The notes: generated by a model from the sequence alone, not told the origin. Shown: positions 1 through 12,343, counted from the stretch's first letter. The stretch: DNA of 33,365 nucleotides from Octopus bimaculoides (GCF_001194135.2 NC_068991.1:61067238-61100602); one strand, 5' to 3'. Made by a program: numbers and translations.

Positions 1-720
1 TGTTGGTGTTTGTGTGTGTGTGTATTGTTAGTTGTAATGGTGGTAATGAGGACAATAGTAGTGGTGGTGGTGGTGGTGGTAGTGTTGGTGATGTGTGTGA
101 GTGTGATAGAGGTGGCGGTGACGTCGACGATGATGATGATGATGATGATGATAATGGTGAAAGCAGTGGTGATGGGTTGGCGAAGGGGGTTGTATGTTGG
201 TGTTGATGATGATAGTAGTGGCGTTGATGAAGGTGGTGGCGGTGGTGGCAGTAGTGGTTGATGGCAATGACAGTACTGGTTTTATAATGGAAGTTTAATC
301 TCTTCAAGGCAAGAAAGCAAAAAAAGCAACAACAAAAAACAACCCCCCCCAAAAAAAAACCATTTCAACAAACACATGCCTACAAGATGTGTTTGGACTG
401 CTGCTGCTGCTGCTGCTACTACTACTACTATCACAACCCTCATTACAACTTCTACAATTACCACCACCACCACTACAACTGCTACTATCACCATCATCAT
501 TACTGCTGTTGCTGATACTACTCTTACTACTACTACCACCACCACCACTACTACTGCTATTACCATCACCACTATTACTACAATCAGCACAACACCACCA
601 CCACTACTGTTACTACCACCAACATTATAACCACCCACCACCACCATCACTACCACCACCACCACCACCATCACTACCACCACCACCACCACCACCACAG
701 CTACAACAACAACGCAATAT
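1..720. repeat. Compound trinucleotide low-complexity region: (GGT/GAT/AGT)n block then (ACC/ATC/ACT)n block
   Basis: Visible triplet runs at about 20-270 and 400-720. The overlapping ORFs are homopolymeric (poly-V/G/D/T/H/P). Confidence 0.95.
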
Positions 721-791
721 TAAACATCTAATATTCACTTAGCTTTGTTTTGTTTATTACTTTTGTTGTAGTTGACATAAATTATATATAA

Positions 792-826
<35 letters not shown>

Positions 827-840
827 TCGACTTACGGAGC

Positions 841-1460
841 TTATATTGGTTGCATATATATAATGCACTGCCAATGACTTATGTGCATTTCTATGCATGT
901 GCAGACATAAGAGCATCTATTTAAACGGGTATATGCATATGTATGATTGTGCATACGATCACATGCATGAACGTTCATGTATACATGTGAGCGATGCATG
1001 CTTGCATGCACCATGTGAATACATGTATATGGATCACATGGGCGTACAGTTACGCACATGAGTGCACACACAAATGAATGCATATATTTATATATATATA
1101 TCTATATCTATATATATACACACACGTTATATATATACACACGTTTGTGCATATGTGCATCTATATTAGACCTGTATGTGCATATGTTATGAAGAAATAA
1201 GTGCATGCGGTGTTCACAAACAACCATGTATATGCATGCATTTGCACACATGCATCACTTCTATGTTGATGCAATTTGAATATGCATGCATGTACTCATG
1301 CATTTATTGTGTGCCCTGAAAATACATATGTTGTGTGTAGATGTAATGCAGTAAACATGATGGATAAGCTTTCTGCCACATGGTTACATATGAGTGTGTA
1401 TACATGCATGCACATAAACATGTAATTGCTCGTTTGAGTACGAACATGTGCAGACATGTG
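841..1460. repeat. Degenerate alternating purine-pyrimidine region rich in ATGCAT/CATG/TACA
   Basis: Dense ATGCAT, GTAC, CACA and TATA words, consistent with a decayed compound microsatellite. Confidence 0.75.
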
Positions 1461-1461
1461 G

Positions 1462-1805
1462 CTAAGTGCTTGGGGCATTTGGATCATGACCGTAAAGACA
1501 GGAGTTTGATTCCCTTGAGCAAGACATTTCATTTAATGTTGCTCCACTTCACTCTGCTAGCAAAACTATATTGTACCTGTAATTCAAAGGGTGAGTTTTG
1601 TCACATTCTATGTTCAGCTGGATTCTGTATCACATTCTGAATGTCACAAGGGCTAGCCATGTCACATTCTGTGTCCTGCTGTGTCCTGAGAACTACGTAA
1701 AGGGTATGCGTGTCTGTGGAGTGCTAAGCCACTCGCACGTTAACTTCATGAGCAGGCTGTTCCATTAATTGGATCAACTGGAACAATCATTGCTGTAACC
1801 AACAG
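1462..1805 (+). mobile_element. Older copy of tRNA-derived SINE family E
   Basis: The segment from gtacctgtaattcaaaggg through gagaactacgtaaagggta and gagcaggctgttcc to ggatcaactggaac aligns by eye with 7430-7580. The head is degenerate (ggagtttgattccc, B-box-like). Confidence 0.85.
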
Positions 1806-2081
1806 AAAGCCAGTTATACACATGCAGATAAACTTGTTTGAGTGTGAGTGCATGAAAAAGCACACGTATACACATGAATAAGAGTGTGTACAAGTATATG
1901 CACAGGTGTATGCATATGCACTAGTGTGTCTGTTTGTGTGTGTATGTGTGTACACAGAGATAAAAGCCGGAGATTTCAGTAACTAACCAGCGTTTTTGGT
2001 AACTTTACAGTAAAATCCTAGATTACAAATAGACGCTGGACTGTTTAGTTTAGTAAATCACTTGAAAATACTTAGTTAAAA

Positions 2082-2082
<1 letters not shown>

Positions 2083-2154
<72 letters not shown>

Positions 2155-2175
2155 CATAATAATTATAATAATAAT
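2083..2175. repeat. (TAC)n-(TAA)n microsatellite
   Basis: Directly visible. Confidence 0.95.
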
Positions 2176-2459
2176 ACAAACAACACATGGTTAGAGGTTT
2201 TGGGTGGTGCAGGAAGAACTCCTAGAAAAAAGGCAGAAATGCTGTTAAGATTGGTAGTTAAGAATGGGCTGGTGTAAGAACCCACCCCGCTTTCTCTTCC
2301 TCTAGCGGCATCTTATCTCCTACCATCTGTTTTCATTAATTATAACCAGAATATCGGAATGTTTTCTATCTAACTGTACTAGGAGTGCTTTCTAACTAAA
2401 GCAGACAGCTAGCTAAGCTTTCTTTTTCTTTTTCTTTTTCTTTCTTTTCATCCACAAAG

Positions 2460-2543
2460 AGAAGGCTGATAAAACGGAACTTGGCATTGCACAAGTGCTG
2501 TGATAATGGCTTCCTCTACAGTCACAACACTTCAAAGGGAAAT
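2460..2543 (+). CDS. Candidate exon: ATG at 2506 encodes MASSTVTTLQRE plus a phase-2 partial codon; product unknown
   Basis: A pyrimidine tract of about 35 nt precedes AG at 2458-2459, and the donor AT|GTAAGT lies at 2544. There is an in-frame stop at 2470 upstream of the ATG. The 84-nt exon is also open in phase 0 (RRLIKRNLALHKCCDNGFLYSHNTSKGN). No homolog recognised. Confidence 0.45.
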
Positions 2544-2739
2544 GTAAGTTGAGCCGTTCATACATTTCCAAAAAGTTGGTGTACATGAAAATAGTTCCAA
2601 CTAGAAATTGAAACTAGTCTAAGAACTTACACTTTTAATAAGTTGATACACATATATATATGAAGAATATTGAGAAAAAGTTGAAAATGTGTCAAAATTT
2701 TCTTTTATATATATAAAAATATACATATATATATATATT

Positions 2740-3417
2740 CATATATTCTTTTCTTTTATTCTGTTACATGTTTCAGGCATTTGGCTGTGGCCATGATGGA
2801 GCACCGTCTTAAAGAGCTTTAGTCGAACAAATAGATCTCAGGACTTATTCTGTGTCAGCCTAGTACTTATTCTATTGATCACTTTTGTTGAACCGCTAAG
2901 TTACAAGGACGTAAGCACACCAACATCAGTTGTCAAGCGATGGTGGAGGGACAAACACAGACACAAACAAATATATACATATATATATATATATATGTGT
3001 ATGTCATCATCATCATCATCGTTTAACGTCCGCTTTCCATGCTAGCATGGGTTGGACGATTTGACTGAGGACTGGTGAAACCGGATGGCAACACCAGGCT
3101 CACACACATATATATTTTCCAGTGTCGCTGGACTGACACTCGTGCAGGTGGCACATAAAAAACACCATTTGAGCATGGCCGTTGCCAGTACCGCCTGACT
3201 AGCCCTTGTGCTGGTGGCACGTAAAAGCACCCACTACACTCTCGGATTGGTTGGCGTTAGGAATGGCATCCAGCTGTAGAAACTCTGGTAGATCAGATTG
3301 GAGCCTGGTGCAGCCTTCTAGTTTGCTAGTCCTCAGTCAAATCATCCAACTCATGTTAGCATGGAAAGTGAACGTTAAACGATGATGATGATGATGATGA
3401 TGATGATATATATATAC

Positions 3418-3452
<35 letters not shown>

Positions 3453-3612
3453 CGATGGGATTCTTTCAGTTTCTGTCTACCAAATCCACTCACAAAGCTT
3501 TGGTTGATGCAAGGCTATAGTAGGAGACACTTGCCCAAGATACCATGCAGTGGGACTGAAACCAGAACCTTGTGGTTGGGAAGCAAGCTTCTTACCACAC
3601 AGCCATACCCAT
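2740..3612 (-). mobile_element. SINE family A (tRNA-like head, internal microsatellite, tail T1), interrupted by family C sequence
   Basis: Head at about 3450-3612 (reverse complement of ggctgtgtggtaagaagcttgcttcccaacc...cttgggcaagtgtc) and tail at about 2740-2965 (reverse complement of ggtgctccatcatggccacagc). Same architecture as 26026-26405. Confidence 0.85.
3004..3406. mobile_element. Two family C SINE 3' ends in opposite orientation, forming inverted repeats of about 100 bp
   Basis: 3004-3101 is the reverse complement of 3301-3406 with scattered mismatches. (CAT)n lies on the left and (GAT)n on the right. The + copy spans about 3120-3406. Confidence 0.85.
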
Positions 3613-3699
3613 ATTTGTTGTGTAATTAGAACAAGTGGAGAATAATTTTATTCTATCTTATAAGTATGGAGGATAAAAATATGATAATACATTTTCACA

Positions 3700-4028
3700 A
3701 ATAGAATTGGTAGAAGGAAACTGTAAGAAGCCCATCATATGTATATATGTGCATGAGTGACTGTGTTTGTTTTTAACCAGTGTGCAAATGTCAAGACAGA
3801 AGAAAGACACAAAGTAACTGTCCAAAGAAATGCTGTTTGCAATCTACTGCAAAAACATGGCAAGCCAATCAGCTGTTCATTGTTTGAAGGACTAAGTGGA
3901 ATATTATCCTCCTTTGAAACAGGTGAAAGGTGGCAACAGGAAGAGCATCTAGTGGTAGAAAATCTGACTCAACAAGATTTGTCTGACCCATGGAAGCGTG
4001 GAGAGGTAGATACTAAACGATGGTGATA
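3700..4028 (+). mobile_element. Decayed SINE: family A head remnant with family D (aggaag..catc...gatgat) tail
   Basis: ggtagaaggaaactgtaagaagccc head motif, then a gaaacaggtgaaaggtggcaacaggaagagcatc...aaacgatggtgat tail. Confidence 0.7.
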
Positions 4029-4030
4029 TG

Positions 4031-4290
4031 TATCACCATCGTTATCATTTTAACATCTACATTTCCATGTTTGCATGGGTAAGATAGAGTGTTATGAAGC
4101 AGACTTTCTATGGTTGAATGACCTTTGTGTCCATAACCTCTACCTGTTTCCAAGCAAAGTAATATTTCCCCATGGCCAGACACTTTTTGCAGAATATTGG
4201 AAATGAACAACACTGCTTGTATGATATTGACACTCATTTACAACCAACTTGACATGTTGAGAGAAGGAGTCACAAAAACACACATGTATT
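4031..4290 (-). mobile_element. Family D SINE body and tail on the minus strand
   Basis: cctgtttccaagcaaagtaatatttccccatggccagac is the reverse complement of the motif at about 22095-22140. Confidence 0.75.
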
Positions 4291-4330
4291 CACACATACA
4301 TATACACACAACATACTTCCTTCAGTTTCT

Positions 4331-4537
4331 AATTTCTTTATTGCCCACAAGAGGCATGAGGAAAGGAATGAGTCAATTACATTGACACCAGTGTTCAACT
4401 GGTACTTATTTTTTCGACCCCGAAAGGATGAAAGGCAAAGTCGATGTCGGCAGAATTTGAACTCAGAACATAAAGACATGAAATACCGCTAAGCATTTCG
4501 CCCAGCGTGCTAACGTTTCTGCCAGCTCGCCGCCTTG
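4331..4537 (-). mobile_element. Young SINE family B with tail T4, 15-bp TSD, inserted in a family A copy
   Basis: CTTCCTTCAGTTTCT is duplicated at 4316-4330 and 4538-4552. On the minus strand there is an A box (tggcagaaacgtt) and a B box (gagttcaaattc), and CpGs are retained. Confidence 0.9.
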
Positions 4538-4670
4538 CTTCCTTCAGTTTCTTTCTGCCAAACCCACTCACAAGGGGTTGGTTTTGGTTAGGCCAGGACC
4601 ACAGTAGAAAATATTTGTCCAAGGTGCCATGCACTGGGACTGAACTCAGAGCCATGTAGTTAGGAATGCT
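4538..4670 (-). mobile_element. Family A SINE head (host of the 4331-4537 insertion)
   Basis: actcacaagg...gtagaa...ccaaggtgccatgcactgggactgaac matches the family A head in reverse. Confidence 0.8.
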
Positions 4671-4924
4671 TGCATGGGAGTGGATGAGATCTGCAGCACA
4701 GCATCTTGCCGCTTCCTTTTTATTTTTCCTCACAGCATATAAATACCTTGATGGCTATGCACACAAACATTGCACATCAAACAAAGCATGCTCCCCTAAT
4801 TTCCTTCCAGTCTTTGCATTCAATGTAAATGTAGCACAACCATGCAACAGCACATGTCGTACACAAGGATGTTGTACTAAAGACAGTCATGTTTTCCCTG
4901 TGACATATTTAAATGGAAAGCTGT

Positions 4925-5035
4925 TCTATATATACATACACATGTATACACACATATAAAAACATATACATATATATGCATATACATACATAAAGATATG
5001 CATACACATGCATATACATATATATACATGTATAC

Positions 5036-5072
<37 letters not shown>

Positions 5073-6120
5073 TACACATATACATGCATAAGTACATATA
5101 TATATATACACATATACATACATATACACACATATATAATATAGATGCGTACATATACACATATATATATATATNNNNNNNNNNNNNNNNNNNNNNNNNN
5201 NNNNNNNNNNNNNNNNNNNNNNNNNNNNNNNNNNNNNNNNNNNNNNNNNNNNNNNNNNNNNNNNNNNNNNNNNNNNNNNNNNNNNNNNNNNNNNNNNNNN
5301 NNNNNNNNNNNNNNNNNNNNNNNNNNNNNNNNNNNNNNNNNNNNNNNNNNNNNNNNNNNNNNNNNNNNNNNNNNNNNNNNNNNNNNNNNNNNNNNNNNNN
5401 NNNNNNNNNNNNNNNNNNNNNNNNNNNNNNNNNNNNNNNNNNNNNNNNNNNNNNNNNNNNNNNNNNNNNNNNNNNNNNNNNNNNNNNNNNNNNNNNNNNN
5501 NNNNNNNNNNNNNNNNNNNNNNNNNNNNNNNNNNNNNNNNNNNNNNNNNNNNNNNNNNNNNNNNNNNNNNNNNNNNNNNNNNNNNNNNNNNNNNNNNNNN
5601 NNNNNNNNNNNNNNNNNNNNNNNNNNNNNNNNNNNNNNNNNNNNNNNNNNNNNNNNNNNNNNNNNNNNNNNNNNNNNNNNNNNNNNNNNNNNNNNNNNNN
5701 NNNNNNNNNNNNNNNNNNNNNNNNNNNNNNNNNNNNNNNNNNNNNNNNNNNNNNNNNNNNNNNNNNNNNNNNNNNNNNNNNNNNNNNNNNNNNNNNNNNN
5801 NNNNNNNNNNNNNNNNNNNNNNNNNNNNNNNNNNNNNNNNNNNNNNNNNNNNNNNNNNNNNNNNNNNNNNNNNNNNNNNNNNNNNNNNNNNNNNNNNNNN
5901 NNNNNNNNNNNNNNNNNNNNNNNNNNNNNNNNNNNNNNNNNNNNNNNNNNNNNNNNNNNNNNNNNNNNNNNNNNNNNNNNNNNNNNNNNNNNNNNNNNNN
6001 NNNNNNNNNNNNNNNNNNNNNNNNNNNNNNNNNNNNNNNNNNNNNNNNNNNNNNNNNNNNNNNNNNNNNNNNNNNNNNNNNNNNNNNNNNNNNNNNNNNN
6101 NNNNNNNNNNNNNNNNNNNN

Positions 6121-6151
<31 letters not shown>
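4925..6151. repeat. (TA/CA/TACA)n microsatellite spanning assembly gap 5175-6120
   Basis: Directly visible, with an N-run. Confidence 0.95.
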
Positions 6152-6154
<3 letters not shown>

Positions 6155-6297
6155 GGAAGTAATGTTAAATTGTGATGTTCGCAAAGGTATTGTTGATAGC
6201 TTCATGGAAATGAATCCATTTCCTACAGGGAATCCTCTGCACAGAACTGTAAGCTGTTCACTGAAATCTTATCTTTGTACAACATCATAAAATCGAA

Positions 6298-7075
6298 CAC
6301 AGGCGTGGCTGTGTGGTTAAGTGGGGTCAGTTTGCATTCATGTGGTTGCAGGTTCAGACCCACTGCATGGTAACCTGGGCATGTGTTTTCTGTTATTGCT
6401 CCAGGCCAACCAATGTTTTGTGCCTGAATTTGGTAGACAGAAACCGTGTGGAAGCCTGTCATATATATATGTGTGTATGTGTATCTGTGTATGGTACATA
6501 TACAGACATGCTTGTCTCATCTTTAACTTGGAGTCATTATTATTAAAACAACTTGGTTCAGATGAATCTTACAAATAATCAATTATATATGTGTTTGTGT
6601 GTGTGTACATGTACATGTCTGTGCGTGTGTGTACATGTATATGTGTCTGTGTGTGTACATGTATATGTATGGATGGGTGCATGCCAGTGTGTGTGCTTGA
6701 CGTGTGTGTGCTTGATGTGTGTGCTTGATGTGTGTGAGTGTGCTTGATGTGTGTGTGTGTGTGCTTGATGTGTGTGTGTGTGTGTGCTTGATGTGTGTGT
6801 GTGTGTGTGTTTGATGTGTGTGTGTATGTGACATGTATATGTCTGTGTCAATGTTTGTCATCCTCATCACCGTTTGACAACTGGTGTCAGCTTGTCAACA
6901 TCTCCATAACTTAGAGGTTCAGCAAAAAAGAGTGACAGAATTATGTACCAGAATTAAGAAAAAAAAAAAACCATAAGCACTAGAGGTGATTCGTTAGACT
7001 AAAACTTCTCCAGGTGATGCCACAGTATGGCTGCAATCCAAAGATTGATACAATTAAAAGACAAAAATACAAAGA
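6298..7075 (+). mobile_element. Family A SINE with greatly expanded internal (TG)n, including a GCTTGA(TG)n minisatellite at about 6690-6830
   Basis: Head ggcgtggctgtgtggttaag...ggttcagacccactgcatgg at about 6300-6460, tail T1 at about 6860-7075. Confidence 0.8.
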
Positions 7076-7132
7076 CAGGTATGTGAATTATGGGAGGAGA
7101 ATAATACACACAGTTGCAACATTTATATATAC

Positions 7133-7787
7133 TAGTGGTTTTCAAAAAGGGTCCATATATCCCTTGGGGGTCCCCATAAGATTTTCTTCTTAAAATGTAT
7201 GTGCAATAAGTTGGTTATATTTCTACACTGGAGGCGCAATGGCCCAGTGGTTAGGGCAGTGGACTCGCGGTCATAGGATCGCGGTTTCGATTCCCAGACC
7301 GGGCGTTGTGAGTGTTTATTGAGCGAAAACACCTAAAAAGCCCCACGAGGCTCCAGCAGGGGATGGTGGCGAACCCAGCTGTACTCTTTCACCACAACCT
7401 TCTCTCACTCTTACTTCCTGTTTCTGTTGTGCCTGTAATTCAAAGGGTCAGCCTTGTCACACTGTGTCACGCTGAATATCCCCGAGAACTACATTAAGGG
7501 TACACGTGTCTATGGAGTGCTCAGCCACTTGCATGTTAATTTCACGAGCAGGCTGTTCTGTTGATCGGATCAACTGGAACCCTCGACGTCGTAAGTGACG
7601 GAGTGCCAACTCCTGATTTCTACACTACACAAAATATTTTAACAACTTCTTTAATAAATTCCTAATGATATTTAATTATGAAAATATAATAAACCTTTTT
7701 AAACATTGAATGGCTATGAGGGTTCACCCAAATAAAACAGAAATCAAAGAGGTCCATAGATAAAAAAAAAATGATTGAGAACCACTG
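7133..7787. mobile_element. hAT-superfamily MITE (CAGTGG-type ends) with 8-bp TSD
   Basis: The left end tagtggttttcaa and right end ttgagaaccactg are 11/13 inverted. ATATATAC is duplicated at 7125-7132 and 7788-7795, and 8-bp TSDs are the hAT hallmark. Confidence 0.85.
7230..7615 (+). mobile_element. Young full-length tRNA-derived SINE family E nested in the hAT MITE, 11-bp TSD
   Basis: A box tggcccagtgg and B box ggtttcgattccc. ATTTCTACACT is duplicated at 7219-7229 and 7616-7626. The head resembles tRNA-Arg, which agrees with octopus OR-type SINEs (from memory, not verified). Confidence 0.9.
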
Positions 7788-7977
7788 ATATATACCTTTG
7801 CCTACCCTGTTGCAGTTGCTAGTAAAACTAGCAGCAGCTGGTTCATAACCAAATGACAGACTTGGTTTGTAGTGAAGTTCATTATAAACCAACCCTAGCT
7901 TAATGAGAAGGAGCTGTTTATACTAAATTAAGATCAATTAAGTGGGGAGAGTCTAAAATTGATATGAATTATCCCAG

Positions 7978-8345
7978 AGATGGCAGAATTATTAGAACAT
8001 ACGAAAAATATATTTGGTGGTATTTTTTCTGGGTCTTTACATTCTGAGTTCAAATCTTGCCAAGATAAACTTTGCTTTTATTTCTCTGGGCATTGATAAA
8101 AGACAGTATCAGCAAAACCCTCCCCTTGATATTGTTGACTTTGTTCCTAAATTCGGAACAATTATTAAAGGCAGTGATCTGAATAAATGCTTTGCGGTGC
8201 ATGTTCCAGCACTTAATATTCTGAGTTCAAATTCTGCTGAAGTCAACTTTGTTTTTCATCCTCCAGGGCTTGACAAAATACAGAATCAGCTATCTACTAG
8301 GAGGTGGGGTTCACTGGTACTGACTAACTCCCTCTCCTCAAAATA
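7978..8345 (+). mobile_element. Two decayed tandem family B SINE copies
   Basis: Two ttctgagttcaaat B-box segments (about 8042 and 8219) separated by an attatt spacer at about 8160. Confidence 0.8.
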
Positions 8346-8727
8346 GTAGCTAAGTCTTCATCAAAGCACAGCTTACAATCTTAAAATATGAAGGACACAT
8401 TGATTGATGTAGTCCAAGGTGCATTACATCAGAACAAAAAACAAAAAAGTCGAAATTGCTATGGCCTGAATGAATTTTTGTAGTAGGTAAGCTTAATCAG
8501 AACTGATTTGCAAGCTAAACAACAATAATATAGAAGGCTACATTGGATAATGTAGTCCTAGATACACTTTGCCTGATAAAAAAAAAAAAAGATACAAAGT
8601 TGTCAGTGGTGAAATGTCTTTGATCATTGGTCTATAAGATCAGAGCAACCATGGGCTAAACAACAGCAACCTTCACTTGAGCTCTCTTTCAACTGAGCCG
8701 CCACCACAAACAGTCATAACCAGTGAT

Positions 8728-8728
8728 A

Positions 8729-8760
<32 letters not shown>

Positions 8761-8830
8761 TAATAATAATAATAATAATGATAATAATAATAATAATAAT
8801 GATAATAATAATGATGATGATGATAATACA
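8728..8830. repeat. (AAT/GAT)n microsatellite
   Basis: Directly visible. Confidence 0.95.
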
Positions 8831-9374
8831 ATTACAGATGCTGACATCAGAAAAGGCTAATGCAACAAAAGGGAAACATTTATTCATATAATTTTCAATT
8901 TCAAAAAGAATTTTTCACCATTTCATTTTTTTTCGTTTGTTTCTTCGTTAATGTATGTTCACAAGCGTGAACAAGCATCAATATATAAATAATATTAATA
9001 ACATTACAACAACGCCAACAACAATAAAGTCGATATCAATAACGGAAACATCATTAATAATAATAATAATGATAATAATAATAATATGATTATAATAACA
9101 TATAGTACTGTACATTTATAAAATTAATAAGGCAAAGAAAGACAGATTTTTGAATTCAAGTGTTTCACGTGTGTGTATGGACGGATACACACACTCACAC
9201 CAAAAAAGCGACACAATGAGTATGTATATGCATGTTTGTGCACGAAATAATATTCCTGTGTAAGTATAGGAGCTGGTATGCTTGTATGCACAAAAGAACA
9301 TGTGAGTATGCACAAGCAGATACATGGAAGCATATGTACACGCCCACCAGTTCACACATGTTCAAGAGTGTGCG

Positions 9375-9377
<3 letters not shown>

Positions 9378-9410
<33 letters not shown>

Positions 9411-9480
9411 CGTGCACAGATGGGTGGATAGATCGATAGACAGACATAGATAGAAAGACAGGTAGATAGATGGATGGATG

Positions 9481-9513
<33 letters not shown>

Positions 9514-9960
9514 GTAGATAGATAATCAGACAGGTAGATAGATAGATGGATATATATATATAATNNNNNNNNNNNNNNNNNNNNNNNNNNNNNNNNNNNN
9601 NNNNNNNNNNNNNNNNNNNNNNNNNNNNNNNNNNNNNNNNNNNNNNNNNNNNNNNNNNNNNNNNNNNNNNNNNNNNNNNNNNNNNNNNNNNNNNNNNNNN
9701 NNNTTATATTTATATATATATTGGAAGAGAGAGAGAGATCAATAGACAGATAATCGGATAAACAGATCAATAGACAGATAAACAAATAGACAGACAGACA
9801 GATGGACAAATAGATAGACAGGTAGATAAACAGACAGACAGAAAAATAGATAGATAGATAGAAAGATAGAAAGATAGATAGATATATAGATAGATAGTTA
9901 GATAGATAGATAGACAGACCGACAGAGTGATAAATAGACAGACTGACAGATAGCTAAATT
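9378..9960. repeat. (TG)n plus (GATA/GACA)n microsatellite spanning gap 9565-9703
   Basis: Directly visible. Confidence 0.95.
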
Positions 9961-10499
9961 AGTATACACATGCAAATGTGTGTTAAATATGTGTGCATGT
10001 ATGAATATAATATACTCATCTAACAGTATATAGATATACGAGAATGGCAGAAAGATGAATAAGAGAGAGAAAGGAACGAGGAAAAAAGTGGTTTTAAATT
10101 ACTTTTCAAATCTATACTTTTGTTGTGTTAATTTTATAAATATATGCAATAATAACCTGCACTTGTTATTTTTGCCACAACTACAACAATAAACAGGGAC
10201 AACAACAACTACAATAACCCAACTCGTTGCAACCGTCGTTTCAATAAATTGTTCCATCTAGTGCATTATAAGTATATTGTTTCAATTTCATAACAAATTA
10301 CACACTGAGTTAATTAAACTTTGAAATAAACAAAGAATGCAATATATAATAATAATATTTTGTAGTGTTGAAAGTGAAATTTGATTATTTTTCCGTTCGA
10401 CATTTGTTTCAAATCAATTGGTAACATCCAAGTAGAATATTGCTGAATATTGTAACATACCTCCTACTGCTCTGAGAGAGGTGAAAGTTTATAGAAATG

Positions 10500-10853
10500 G
10501 GTGTATGTGGGTGTGTATGTGCAAATATATGTGTGCGTATGTATATATGCATGTATCTGTGTGCGTGTGTGTGTGTCTGTCTGCCTGTCTATCTATATAT
10601 ATGTACATATACATACATGTGTACGTTTATTCATATGAATGTGTGAGGGCTTGTGTGTATATGTCTCTCTCTCTCTCTCTCTCAGTATACGCACACACAC
10701 ACACACACACACACCATACACATCTATCTATACATTTGCATATACATGCGTGCATTCATGTGTTTGAGTGTGAGTATATTTGTGTATATGAGTGAGTGTG
10801 TGTATATATGTGCATGTCCCTCACTCTCTCTCCCTATATATATATATATAGAA

Positions 10854-10910
<57 letters not shown>

Positions 10911-10927
10911 TATATATATATACAGAA

Positions 10928-10960
<33 letters not shown>

Positions 10961-11958
10961 NNNNNNNNNNNNNNNNNNNNNNNNNNNNNNNNNNNNNNNN
11001 NNNNNNNNNNNNNNNNNNNNNNNNNNNNNNNNNNNNNNNNNNNNNNNNNNNNNNNNNNNNNNNNNNNNNNNNNNNNNNNNNNNNNNNNNNNNNNNNNNNN
11101 NNNNNNNNNNNNNNNNNNNNNNNNNNNNNNNNNNNNNNNNNNNNNNNNNNNNNNNNNNNNNNNNNNNNNNNNNNNNNNNNNNNNNNNNNNNNNNNNNNNN
11201 NNNNNNNNNNNNNNNNNNNNNNNNNNNNNNNNNNNNNNNNNNNNNNNNNNNNNNNNNNNNNNNNNNNNNNNNNNNNNNNNNNNNNNNNNNNNNNNNNNNN
11301 NNNNNNNNNNNNNNNNNNNNNNNNNNNNNNNNNNNNNNNNNNNNNNNNNNNNNNNNNNNNNNNNNNNNNNNNNNNNNNNNNNNNNNNNNNNNNNNNNNNN
11401 NNNNNNNNNNNNNNNNNNNNNNNNNNNNNNNNNNNNNNNNNNNNNNNNNNNNNNNNNNNNNNNNNNNNNNNNNNNNNNNNNNNNNNNNNNNNNNNNNNNN
11501 NNNNNNNNNNNNNNNNNNNNNNNNNNNNNNNNNNNNNNNNNNNNNNNNNNNNNNNNNNNNNNNNNNNNNNNNNNNNNNNNNNNNNNNNNNNNNNNNNNNN
11601 NNNNNNNNNNNNNNNNNNNNNNNNNNNNNNNNNNNNNNNNNNNNNNNNNNNNNNNNNNNNNNNNNNNNNNNNNNNNNNNNNNNNNNNNNNNNNNNNNNNN
11701 NNNNNNNNNNNNNNNNNNNNNNNNNNNNNNNNNNNNNNNNNNNNNNNNNNNNNNNNNNNNNNNNNNNNNNNNNNNNNNNNNNNNNNNNNNNNNNNNNNNN
11801 NNNNNNNNNNNNNNNNNNNNNNNNNNNNNNNNNNNNNNNNNNNNNNNNNNNNNNNNNNNNNNNNNNNNNNNNNNNNNNNNNNNNNNNNNNNNNNNNNNNN
11901 NNNNNNNNNNNNNNNNNNNNNNNNNNNNNTATATATATATATATATATATATACTTAT

Positions 11959-11991
<33 letters not shown>

Positions 11992-12010
11992 CATACATAT
12001 GTGTCAGCAT
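10500..12010. repeat. Compound (TG/CA/CT/TA)n microsatellite spanning gap 10961-11930
   Basis: Directly visible. Confidence 0.95.
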
Positions 12011-12343
12011 GTGTTGTACATATGTTATTTGTAAGTGGAAAGAATCACACTTCAACAAAAATCTTTGATTTATTAGCTTTTAGTAATTTATAAATAAACA
12101 CCCAAGGCATACTTAAGCTATTTGCAGCATGAATGATCAATGTAATAACAGTAGTTGAATAGTAAATAGTCATATCAAACTGTCTGATCATCCTTCTTCT
12201 CTAACTCTCTAACCCAAACAAACTCGGCTTTACCGACCAGATATATTTATGCAAACAGAAGTCTTTAACCATCTTTGGACACCTTGACTTTCAGTCTCAA
12301 ACTTCAAATGAACATCATATACTATCGACTAACCAAATTCGAT

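Noticed and set aside
3-742. Long ORFs on both strands
   Set aside because: They are homopolymeric translations of triplet microsatellites, not credible proteins.
4736-4824. Acceptor-like cctcacag| followed by YKYLDGYAHKHCTSNKACSPNF
   Set aside because: It is open only in phase 1 and gives an immediate stop when joined to exon 2460-2543. I recognise no domain.
7230-7305. tRNA-like sequence with A and B boxes
   Set aside because: It is a SINE head. It continues into a SINE body, is enclosed by a TSD, and I see no proper acceptor stem.
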